Origin: Selaginella moellendorffii
Lineage: Eukaryota > Plantae > Lycopodiophyta
Reading direction: 5' to 3'
Assembly: GCF_000143415.4 (NCBI RefSeq)
Contig: NW_003314292.1
Coordinates: 536,829 to 600,828 of the forward strand
Length of the DNA stretch: 64,000 nucleotides
In this document: positions 9,765-20,900 of the stretch, piece by piece
How the letters are laid out: each line of letters opens with the position of its first letter
Position numbering within the stretch: the stretch's first letter is position 1
The notes under the pieces: generated by a model
Seen by the model: the letters and a program-made list of their open reading frames with translations, nothing else
Databases searched by the model: none
What the model was told of the DNA's origin: nothing
Program-made: the position numbers and the translations under genes

Positions 9765-12700
9765 ACCATGAGATGAGTGTTTGGAGTTGTGCCCCAATGA
9801 AACTCAGCCTGTTTGAATTGATGAGCTTCTATCACCTTAATGGTCAACCATAGTCAACACCGGTCAAAATGCATGCTCTTTATATTTAGAGATGCCAGGC
9901 ATCAATCTCAGTGCCAAGCAAGGACTTTACCATCTAACGATCTGAGCTACATAAATAAAGCCTTTATATTGAACAGAATTATTACAAAATATGAATTATG
10001 TTTTATGTTTTTATTTTTGACATATTTTAATTTCAAATATTCTTCAATTATTTAAGTTCACAACAACACACAACAAAAAATTGTGTCCTTAATTATAGAA
10101 AAAAATGTGATTGCATGTGGGAGCATTATAATTTACATATGTGTGGATTTATTTCTTTTCTTTCGAGTTACATGCAAAAATATTATGCACACAAACAGTT
10201 TTTGTTTGCTATATAAGTAATTAAAATGTGATTGTGTGTATAATATTTTTGTCATAGGATCCATATATACATGGGTATGACACCTCAAACTACCATGCAA
10301 GACTAATATCATGTCCACATACAGCATAATATCACTGTAAATCTAGTGAGAGTTTTTGTTTTTTATGTGTGTTATTGAGTGCAAATTTGTGATCTTTTTA
10401 TTATAATCATTTCTCTCCTCCTTGACATGTCTTCTATTTGCTTTCAATTCCACATGGCTATACCTCATTTTTCGCAGCTTTGAGGTATATTTTAATCATA
10501 GTGCACACTAATATAAGTATGGTGTTTCAATAGCTTTTGCAAGTGTTTCTTTGGATGTTTGATGCGTTGAGTGCAATGGTTTTTTGCAAGTGTATCTTGT
10601 TGTAACTACAGTAAAGTGTTAGTTTCATTGATTTCTTATATTCTTAATCATACATATATATTTTTGGCATCACAGGACATGTTAATTTGTTGCACTTGGG
10701 CTTAATATAGAAAGCACTTTCTATTACCTTCACTAAGAAAAGTTCCTCAAAAATGTAATGATGGCAAACTTAGTCTATAATATCTAAAAGATGTTCAAAA
10801 TCCAACTAACCATCACATCCATAAGCCCTAACCAAAAGTTTAAACCTTGCAAATGTGTCAAAAAATCTGATGTGGAGTTAACACAAAAATCATATATATA
10901 ATATTGACATAGATTTTGCTATACATATGTGGCAGACATTAAAATATATTATGCTCATAATATTATTTTGTAAGTCATAATAATTTAAGCACATATATTT
11001 TTTTGTATATATATCTTGCAGGCTTGCATGATTTTTTGCCAAGCCACCCATCCTAGATACATCTCCTTTCTTGGGAGGTGTACCTCCCCCCACCAAAACT
11101 ACCATCACAAATTGCTTTCCATACTTAATCTACTTAAAACATATAAAATATTAATGATAAATGCGTTCAACCAATGTTATATAGATATGAAACCAATTTA
11201 TGTGTGTTTAAAAATATTTTAAACATATATCTTAAGAAAGCCTAAACTTCCAATGATAATTTAACTTTTTGCAAAGTTTAAAAGAGATATTTTATAGAAA
11301 TAATTTCCTGTGTGTTTCATACAACAGCGCTTAGTTTGCTTAATAATAGTGTTATTCATATTTATTAATCCAATTAATCAAATGGAAGTTTATGTTCATA
11401 ATTTATAAATATAAGATTAATCTTATTGAATATCTTAGGTAGTGGATATGCCTAAAATATGTTTGGATATTATTTAAATTATTCTACTATCTAACGGTTG
11501 TTATTCATTTAGATTCATCTTGTATTTATAAATTATAAATATGTTAATAATTTATAAACTTTCCTAAATATTTTTATTATATTCTAGATTATTCTACACT
11601 AACTATTATGTTATAACAATTGATAATTGACACAAACTTTATTAATGTAGTGCATGTGGTTTGTACCCTTTATCCTATGATGATTTACCATAAGATAACC
11701 ATGAAGCAAAACCTAAACCCTCCATATGCCACATGTCACATACCACATGCCACATGCCATGTGTCCAAAGGACAATTGTGGAAGCCAAGTTTTAATGCCT
11801 TGGGCCACTGAATAAAGGAACGGAGCCAAACTTACAAACATGGAGTCAAAGAGCAATGTAAATTTTGTTGAATACCAAGAGATTACCACCAGGATTCATG
11901 TAAATTCTTGCTCTAGGAATGTGCTATTGCTGGTGAAGATTTTTGCTTAAAGAATTAATTATAAAAAGTTTTAGTTACAGTAAGTTTGAAGATGTTTACT
12001 TGTCCTTTATACAGAGACATCCTAATAATAACTTGTCTATGTCTAGATATCATTGAAATATATGGAACCTAACACTAGGTGATGGTATATTAAAGATACT
12101 AGAATCAATTGACTAAATTTGAATTTGCTATAGTTTTATGTGTGTGTAAGCATGATCAAAGCTCCAATTATTAATAAAAACAAATTAAGCAATAGTATAT
12201 ATTATATATCTATATGTAGCTCATGTTTATCAATTAAATTGATCAAATAGAAATTTATAATTATAAATATAGTTATAATTTATAAACACCAGATTAATCT
12301 TATTGAATATCAACCATTAGATGGTAGAATAAACTAGAAAATACAAGAAAGTGTTTAAGAAAGTTTATAAATTATAAATACAAGATTAATTTAAATAAAT
12401 AACAAAAAATAAATGGTAAAATATCCTGGAATATACAAGCATATTTTAGGTATATTCACTACCACTCCCCCTAAAAGTTTGCTTAACAAAACCAAAAAAT
12501 CAAGATAATATATGCAGTATTTGATTAAGCAGTAGTATTTTAAAATCTTTTTTTTAAGTACAGCTATATTTTATTAGTACATAATACTATAGAATATAAG
12601 ATTTGAATTTACTTGTATATAATATATTTTTATAAAATATTTTCTTAGTAATTATTTTCTTTACTGGATCTGGGTGTAACTAAATTATTAATGATTATTT

Positions 12701-13044
12701 TTAGTCAATATTCTCTTACTTTTGTTTGATAAAATTTTAATATAAATTTATCCCAGTAAACACTAATTTACATGTAACATCTAATTAGTATTAAAAATTC
12801 CATTTTTACTTTTTCCTGTTCTAAATATGTTAATATTTCCAAATAATACTTTGTATCTAATATTTTTATTAATAATTACTTATTCTTACTTATATATTCA
12901 TATTATCAAATTCACAAGAATCAAAGGCCTTGGCGAATTTGCAACTATAGAGGCAATGTAGGTCAATCCAGCGATGCAAGAGGGCTGGAAACAACGAGCG
13001 CCTAGAGAGACCTCGGCCTCCGGTAAGATTTTTCTCGTCTCGAG

Positions 13045-13390
13045 TTCCATGGAACGTTGGTTTTTCCTATTTGTGTTCGTGTCTAGTTCTTAGCAGTCCC
13101 CCAGAGGGGTGTAGAACGAATAAGAATTTTTTCGTCTCTAGTTCTTAGCAATGCCATGGAACTCGGTTTTCCTGTTTGTGCTTGTGTCTAGTTCGTTTAG
13201 CACTTGGATTTTCCTGATTGTGTGTGATCCCGTGCCATGAAACTTCGGTTTTTCCTGTTTGTGTGTGAGTTTTTTTTGTGTCTAGTTCTGAGCTGGAACT
13301 TGGTTTTTCCTGTCTGTGTGTGATTCTTTTCGCCATGGAAGTTTGTGTGTGATTTTTTTGTGGAACTTCGGTTTTCCTCTTTGTGTGTTG
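13045..13390 (+). repeat. Degenerate ~45-60-bp tandem repeat array, probably intronic
   Basis: Recurrent CCATGGAAC(T)TCGGTTTT(T)CCTGTTTGTG...TCTAGTTC units between a GTAAG donor (13023) and an AG near 13436. Confidence 0.7.
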
Positions 13391-14544
13391 TTTAAACATT
13401 TTTGGACATGGGAAAGTGATCCGATTTACTGGCAGGCGATCGTCGTTCCGGAGAAGGAGCTCGCGCTTTTTCTGGGTTTCGCCCCGGCTGCTAGAATTCT
13501 TCGTTCCTCCACCAGTTTTTCTAGACGCGGAGTACTACGTTCTCTAATATACACTTCACAGAGCTTTGGCTGAGCTCAAAGGTGAGAGGTTTCCTTTAGT
13601 TCTGCTTCATTTCTTTGTTTACTGATCTCACGTTTGGGACTTCTTCCAAGAGCAGGGATTCCTCCACCGGGGCCGAGCTTCAAGGTTGGAGAATGATCTG
13701 TCTAGTTTTGGAATCTCACGAGTTCTCTTTCTGGCAGCAGGATGAGATGATAATGGCCAAACACGTAACGTTTATCCGTGAACTTCAAGAATGGATCGCC
13801 GCTAGTATTGATATCAAGTTTATGGACGACAAGCTGACCGAAACCAGTGCCTCGGGGCGGTCCAAGAACGTCGTCGGAGCTTCATATCGCTAAGAGGAGG
13901 TGCGTGTTCTACGCGAGCTAGCGATTAGGATCATATTCGACAGATGCCTGCGCCAGGAAACTCGAGAAAGACGTCTCAGTTTCGAGTGTTCATGCACTGA
14001 CGTTCTACTCTCGTTTTCTGGAGGCGATCTATGAGTTTGAAAGATCGACGAACTGGTGGTGATGAGGTTGGATCCAGCATCACGGGGTTTTGTTGAAGAG
14101 GAACCAAGAGCGTTGTTGCTTTCAAGTTTTTGTTTAGTATCATCTTCGTGCCAGGAAACTCGAGACATGAAATCCGAGTGACGAGTGTATGGGGAATATG
14201 CTTTTCGTTTGAAAAAAACCGCGCTCAAAGTTTTGCCTTATCCAACTCGTGGGTGGGGCCGAATTATTTTTGATATCTATTGACAAATGGGGCCCGACCA
14301 AATCAAATTCACTGCAACTAGACAGTGGTCGTAGCAAACAAAAATCTTTGGTCCAATTGATCTCGGCCGTGGATCTTGGAGTAAAGCTAGTTGTATAAGA
14401 GCACAAAGAGGGAAACGAGAGAAAACGTGCTCATAGGGATTTCTCCTGGATGACTGACACTACAGGTTCCATTCTTTTTTCTATTTCCTCGAGCGAATGA
14501 GAAGATCTCAACAGAGGTTTCTTCTTGCAGAGAGCTTTCTCGCC

Positions 14545-15223
14545 ATGTTCGAGTTCTCGAGTGACTCGTCCGGAGGAATCGCCTGTGATTTCAAAGGTGA
14601 GATTCCAAGTTTTGTCTTTGTACCTCAGGTCGATGATCTCTCAGGAGTCACCATGCCAGAACATCACCTAGAAGTCGAAGGTAAGTTCTCTTCAAACCTT
14701 CCAAAGTTCCTGGAGCTTTGGAGCAACGTAAGTACCTCGAAATGCAAAGCCATAACTTCACAGAGACTCTGTTTCCTTACCAGACTTCCTGATCCAAGAC
14801 CAGAGTGGCAATGAAGAGGACGAGGAAGAGAATCTGACGAAGCTGCGAAAGGAGAAGCGGATGCAATCCAACCGCGAGTCGGCCAAGCGCTCGCGCCTCA
14901 AGAAGCAAATCCAGCTCGAGGAGACAACGCGGCTCCTCGAGCATCTCCGCCAGCAAAACGGGCTCCTCAGGTACAAGGTAAGCCTGGCTGTGAACGAGTA
15001 TCGCGAGTTGATGCTGCACAACCGTGAGCTGAGAATGAATGCCCACAACTTAAGCTACAGGCTCCAGTATCTCGGCCTCGCTGCCTCTTCTCTCAGCATC
15101 AACACTGCCACTGCTGCCCCTGCTGCTGCTGTTTCTTCTCCTGCTACTGCTTCTACTGCTGCTGCTGCTGCTGCTGCTGCTTCTGCTTGGATTTCAGAAA
15201 GAGAGATTTCGAGCAGAGAGTGA
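14545..15223 (+). CDS. bZIP transcription factor (group S/C-like) with poly-Ala tail; start codon uncertain (14545 or 14653)
   Basis: Basic region KRMQSNRESAKRSRLKKQ plus leucine heptads. A GT-AG intron at about 14681-14783 joins MPEHHLEVE to DFLIQDQ in frame. Confidence 0.85.
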
Positions 15224-15808
15224 TTAGAGACTGAACTTTCTTCGCTCTCTACAGGTGGTACCTCTCTTTTAGTCGGTCTCGGATCCATAGAGTCGTGCTC
15301 TAAAAGCTTCTTTCCTTTGCTCCTTGCTCCTTGAGGTGGTCGGTCCTAGAACTGCTGTCTGTACCGAGTTCTCTCTCTCAGGTAATGTCAAGCTTATCCG
15401 GGTACTCCGGGTCTTTTGCTTTCTTCGTTTTTCTCCGTGTCTCTGTCTGTGAAAAACTTTCAGGAGATGGATCAGTACCAGCAAGTTCAATCGGAAAAAA
15501 TACCAAGTACCAGAGATACCGGAGAGTTTTATGTTTCTTAAGAAAAATCTTTGTTCATGGTGGAAATGTAGTAACAATGGCCCAGACGTACACGGCCACC
15601 ACCTAGATGTTAGCTAGTATAAAAGAATCCCCCCAAGTGTTAGAGAGAAAGAGAGAGGAAGAAAAAAAGAGTACAGTATTTTTTCCTTACTTTCCCCAGA
15701 GTTGAGATGAAGAAAGAAGTCGTCTTCGTCGTCGTTGTCATCGTTGTTGTTACGTCTGTGCATTGCTCCTGCTCGAAAAGCGTTGGTTGATAATACAAGT
15801 AGCGCCAG

Positions 15809-17093
15809 CTATCTCGACTTGGACGCAGCTCTGTTGGCCTCCTCTCGAGAAGACGGGAAGAGCTCCACATATCTATTCCCCAGTGTCATCTTGTCCTTGT
15901 TCATGGCCGCCTTGGAGTCCCCCGGTCCCAAGAAAAACACGTACGCCTCCCCGGTCGCCCGGCCATCCGAGTGAACTACAATCTGCACGCTGTCCTCCTT
16001 GAGCCCAAACTCCCGGAAAAACTCCACTATATCCCGCTTGGACGCCGAGAATGGCAGCCCCCGCAGCTTGAGCACCCCCGTGTGCTCGGCCAGATCCTTG
16101 TCACACAAGCTGTTCTTCCCGCTGCCACCACCACCACCACCACCACCACCGCCACCGCCACCTCCACCTCCAGCGGCCGAAGAAGCGAGCGTTGCCAAGA
16201 CATCACCGGACCTGGGATCGTTAACTTCCGTGGCCACGGCACTGTAGTAGTCCTGCTTCTTGCTCCGGAAGACCTCTACGTACCTCCGTCCCATATTCTG
16301 CCTGTTCCGCTGGAGAGCAAAGTCGACTTGCATGGGAGCTCCCAGCACCACAAAGGCCTCGCCGGAGAACCTTCCCTGTTTCCGGACGAGCAGCACATCC
16401 ACCACATCCAGGCCTGCAAAGAATTCGAATACGTCACTCTCTGAGCAGTTAAACGGGAGTCCTCGCAGTCGGACAACTGGGAATGGTCGCGGCTGGCCCA
16501 GGAAGGAAAATCCGGGGCCCCCGTACATGAAGCTCGCATGAGCAGCAGTGGCATGAGGCGAGCTTCCAAAGTAAGAGCCTGCAGTGTCTAGCAAGCGCTG
16601 CCTCTTTGCTGCTGCAACCTCGTATCCGTCGGCACTTCCCCCGCTCCCCAATAAATTCCTTAAAACAGAGAAAAGCCCACCCCATCGACAGATGCTCAAC
16701 AAACTTTGAAACTTTTGTTTTTGGGTGTGTGCATAGCTCTAGCTTGTTCTTCCCATCCCACTTAACAAGAAAAATAAAGAAAAAACCTCTCTAGAAACTT
16801 TCACACACAAACACTCTTTCTCTCTTCTTTCACAATTCTTTGTGCTGTGAGTTCTTTGTTCTTACTCTTCTTCTCGATTTTTTTTTTTCTCTGTCTCTCG
16901 GACTGACTCGCAAGTAGGAAACACTCGTTCCTTCTTAGCTGTGGATTTAGTGTGCCAGACACAGGCCAAGGCAGATGTTTCAGGCAATCCAGGAAGAAAT
17001 TTCTCTCTTGAAATGCAGGACTGGGACTGGAATGACCTATAGATCCTGATGCATTGCCGCAAGGATTGAGAGAGCTTACCCCCTGGAAAACAT
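15809..17093 (-). CDS. hnRNP F/H-like (ESRP-type) protein with two qRRM domains
   Basis: VVRLRGLPF and VLKLRGLPF, RYVEVF/RYVELF, and a poly-Gly linker. A 14-nt first coding exon (17093-17080, MFSRG) splices in frame to exon 2 at 16658. Confidence 0.9.
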
Positions 17094-17272
17094 CGCTGCG
17101 CGCGCCGCGATCCCACCTCTCCCAGCGAATCGCACAACGCTTGCCCTAACCGCAAAACTGCCTCGGCAAACAGTAAAGGGCCTTTTTTGCAACGAAATAT
17201 ATGCTCTTGGGATATTCCCGCTAGAACCCTAATTCTTCGTTTTCTCGTGTCAAAGAAGCGCCCGCGCGGGCT
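17094..17272. promoter_or_regulatory. Short bidirectional promoter/5'UTR region between the hnRNP F/H-like gene and REV3
   Basis: About 180 bp between divergent ATGs, with telo-box-like AACCCTAA and GC-rich CCCGCGCGGG. Confidence 0.6.
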
Positions 17273-17908
17273 ATGGCGGAGCTGGAGGAGGGATCGCAGG
17301 AGGAGCGGGTCTTCGGCATTCGCATCGTGAACCTGGATTACTACACGGCGGCGCCGCTGGTGGACATGGACGAGTGCTACTCGCATTTCTTCGGTGAGCT
17401 GGGATTTCTTCGTTTTAGCGGTGAGATTTAAGGAGAGATTGCCAGGGAGGAGCGTGATGGAAGTTCCTGTAGTGAGAATCTATGGTTCTACTCTCGCGGG
17501 GCAGAAGACTTGCTTGCATCTTCACAAGGTAGTGATGATTTAGAAGCCGAGAAATCACTCGCAATTGTCCAATTTCAGGCTCTCCCATACTTTTATGTTC
17601 CTTACGATGACGATCTTCCTCAGAGCTTAGAAGAAGGTACTACGCGAATCTCTTTTCTCCATTTATCTTTTCTCTTTCAGCCATGGCATTTGTCCGGCGT
17701 TTAGCGTTGGCTCTCGAGAGAGCTATGAAGGTAACACTCAATTTTACTTGATACATGCCTTAGTATGATCTTTGCACAGATGGCTAGTGCCATTGGAGCC
17801 AAGAGACAACACGTACATTCTTGCGACCTCGTTCGAGCGAAAAAGTTTTATGGCTATCATCCATCCGAGGACACATTCATCAAAATAACTTTGTATCCTT
17901 GGGACTTT

Positions 17909-17953
<45 letters not shown>

Positions 17954-20900
17954 GAGCTTTTCTTGACTGATCGTAGATACTACCCTCAAGAAGCGAGCCA
18001 AATGAGCGCGTTTCTACTGGTAATAAGCTCCAGTGATGTTTCTTTTCTCGTAACACAAACTTTGCAGAGTGGTGGAATTTTAAACCGCAAGTTCCAACCT
18101 TACGAAGCTCACATCCCTTACCTGCTGCAATTGAAGGTTAATCAAGGCTGTGATTGTTTCGATAATAATGATGTTTCCAATCTCAGATGGACTACAATCT
18201 GGCAGGAATGGGACTCTTAGAAGTCTCGAGTTTGCGCTTTAGATCGCCTTTACCCGACACGCCGAACGAGAGGAAAAGGAAAATATCAGCACTCAACACT
18301 CCAGCCGCTGAAAACGATGGCAGCTGGTTTACATCGTCAAGTGATTACGACATTCATGATTTTTGGTTATCTTCGAACATCCCATCGCACCAAGTTTGGT
18401 CAGATCTCTCTCAGGATAAAGCGTCGCCTTCCAGATGCAGTACATGCGAGCTAGAAGTTGATGCTACCGTAGAAGGTTTGTTTCTTGACGTTAGCTTGTA
18501 AGATCTTATTCTGACATTGACGCTGCTGCAGCGATCCTCAACAAGGATTCACTTTCTTATACGCCTCTGGAGCAAATAGATCCTGGAAGAATGCTCGTGC
18601 AGTCTTTGATACCTATCTGGGAGGTGCGAAGAAGCCCGCAAGCTGCTTGCTCTTAGACGGTGTAAGACATCGTTTCAGTCTGCCGTCTTTGTGCATGGCA
18701 TGTTTCTTCCAGAAATAATCTCGTTCATGTCCCTTGTTTTACAGGGACAGGAGCAAGAGGACTTGACGAGCAGCTTCCTTTCTCCACAGCCGCATAAGCA
18801 TTTTGCTGTGGAGGCTCTTCATAAAGAAATTTTGAAATCCGTGTGGATGTCTGGAGCAACGCCACAGCCGCAAGATAACGATCTACTTGAAAGCTCACAA
18901 CCGGCAAATCTGTATCGGTCTCCTTCGGCTGCAAAAGGCTTCTCCCAAGAGGTGAAACCGACGCCAGAGGACAGCCTTCACAATGAAATGGCTCAAAGCA
19001 CGTCTCAACCCGACCTTTGGAAGGTGCGTTTTTCTTTTCGTCATCCTCGTGTCTAACATCTTTATCAGGCAGCTGACGAGGACGCACTGGAACTTCTCAA
19101 ATGGATGGTGTCTTCCCAGGACAACAATTCTGAAGGTGATGTGATAGCAGCCAACGAGCAAGATCACGGCGAAATCGACTTATGCAGACTTTTTGAAGGT
19201 GATGGGGTAGAAGCAGCACTTCAGAAAACGTTGTCCACGTTTGAGATTATGTCGCAAAGGGAGTGCCAGGATATTGTCGACTGTTTTGAAGAAGACGGAG
19301 AAGAAAAAGAGGTCTTAGTAGCTGAAGAAGATACTTCTGGAATCAGAATTCCGCAGTATGATGGAGCAGGGGATGAAGAACCTCCAGCCGACGTGACTGA
19401 GACGGGTAAAAGAGTGGGTAACAGGAGTTGGGGACGGCTTCCGATAACTGTCAAAGGATCACCTGCGAAGCCAGGAAAAGAAGAAGTAAGCGTTGCTGTA
19501 CCTTTACGTCCCTGTGGATCACCTCAGGAGCAGGCAAGAGAATCCAGGTCGGAAACTTCAGTCCGTGATTTGATGAGAATCAAACGTGGGAAGCAGAAAG
19601 GTGGCAGACAACAGGAACCAGAAACTGAGAGCGCTGTAAAACCGCAAGGCTTGAGGAAATGCTTGTTAAACCAGTATGGAGCTCTTCCCTTGCAAAGTCA
19701 CATGACCACTGAGCCTGTTGAAACTTCCGGTGACAACGAAAACTCACAGCCAGCTGCTGCAGTGGAAAAGGATGTAGTCTTGCCGAAGAATGGAGAGCTG
19801 GCGATGATTTTTCACCAGCGGCCTCCAAGTAACAATGATATCCTTGCAAGCTTCAAGAGCTACGGCCTGAAGGACGTGGAGTACCCGAATGTATCTTATG
19901 GAGGCTCGGAGGATATGGAAAAAAGTGGTATGTTTCTCAGCTTTTGTGCTCTTGATTTTAACGCCTGCTGCTTTACAGCGGCAATATTTGCTGGTGATCC
20001 TGCGAGGAGATTTGATATTGATGATACCGTTATCCATCTTTTAACTCCTGCACTGGCGCCTCCATCGAATTCTTCCGTCTGTGAGTGGCTTGCAAAAGAA
20101 AAGCTCGCGTTAAACTCTTTGCAAAAGGAACATGTAGCATCGACACTAGAGACACCATCCGGCAGACCAGCGTCTCCAAAGTACAATGAAATGCACGTAC
20201 TTTCGGACGAGTTTCAAAGCGGTGAGCACTCAAACACGACGTTGGAAGGGAGTGCTGAAGCTAAACGACGGTCTAGAGATTTTTCTCAGATCACAGGCCC
20301 GTCCTTGGCGGCTCATCGGCTTACTCCGGCTAGCCAGACTGGTTTTCGTGATCCTGCAGCAGCTGGTGCTGGTCAGCAAGTCACAGTCATGAGCATAGAG
20401 GTATAAGCCTTTCTGATTTATTTATTTACGACTTGAAACTCCAATGCGAGAACATTGGCAGGCTCTTGCTGAAACACGCGGTTCCTTGCGACCGGATCCG
20501 CATTACGATTCAATCAGCTGCATTGCGATCGTTGTGGCAGATGATACAGAAACAACAAGAGAGACTATCGCTCTTATCCACGATAAAGAGTTACAAGATG
20601 GCAAGAGGTTTGTTGTTTGTGTAAGTCCAGCTTGTTACTGATGTTCCTTTTAAACAGGCCTTCGGATGGTCTTTCATGCTCTCCCAATACAAGCTACTTC
20701 CCCACTGAAGTAGCTCTTCTGCAGTTTTTTATCGAGTTGGTACGGGCTTACGATCCAGACATCATAATTGGATGGGAGATTCAGAGGCTTTCTTTGGGAT
20801 TCCTCGCTGAACGGGCTGCTAATCTTGGAGTTGGTCTTTTGGCATCTATCTCTCGTACTCCACCAAGAAGCGGTCACAACAGCTTGAGCAGCACCTTTTT

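Noticed and set aside
11722-11763. Six-copy 7-bp CCACATG repeat next to a telomere-like motif
   Set aside because: Short simple repeat in decayed AT-rich DNA with no evidence of function.
13045-13390. CRISPR-like array
   Set aside because: Eukaryotic context, degenerate units, no unique constant-length spacers, no cas genes.
14240-14545. Sucrose-responsive conserved uORF upstream of the bZIP
   Set aside because: No peptide resembling the group S1 bZIP uORF was found.
15999-16247. Poly-Pro ORF, and similar poly-Cys/poly-Pro ORFs at 62188 and 59923
   Set aside because: Antisense readings of poly-Gly or poly-Gln codon repeats in real genes.
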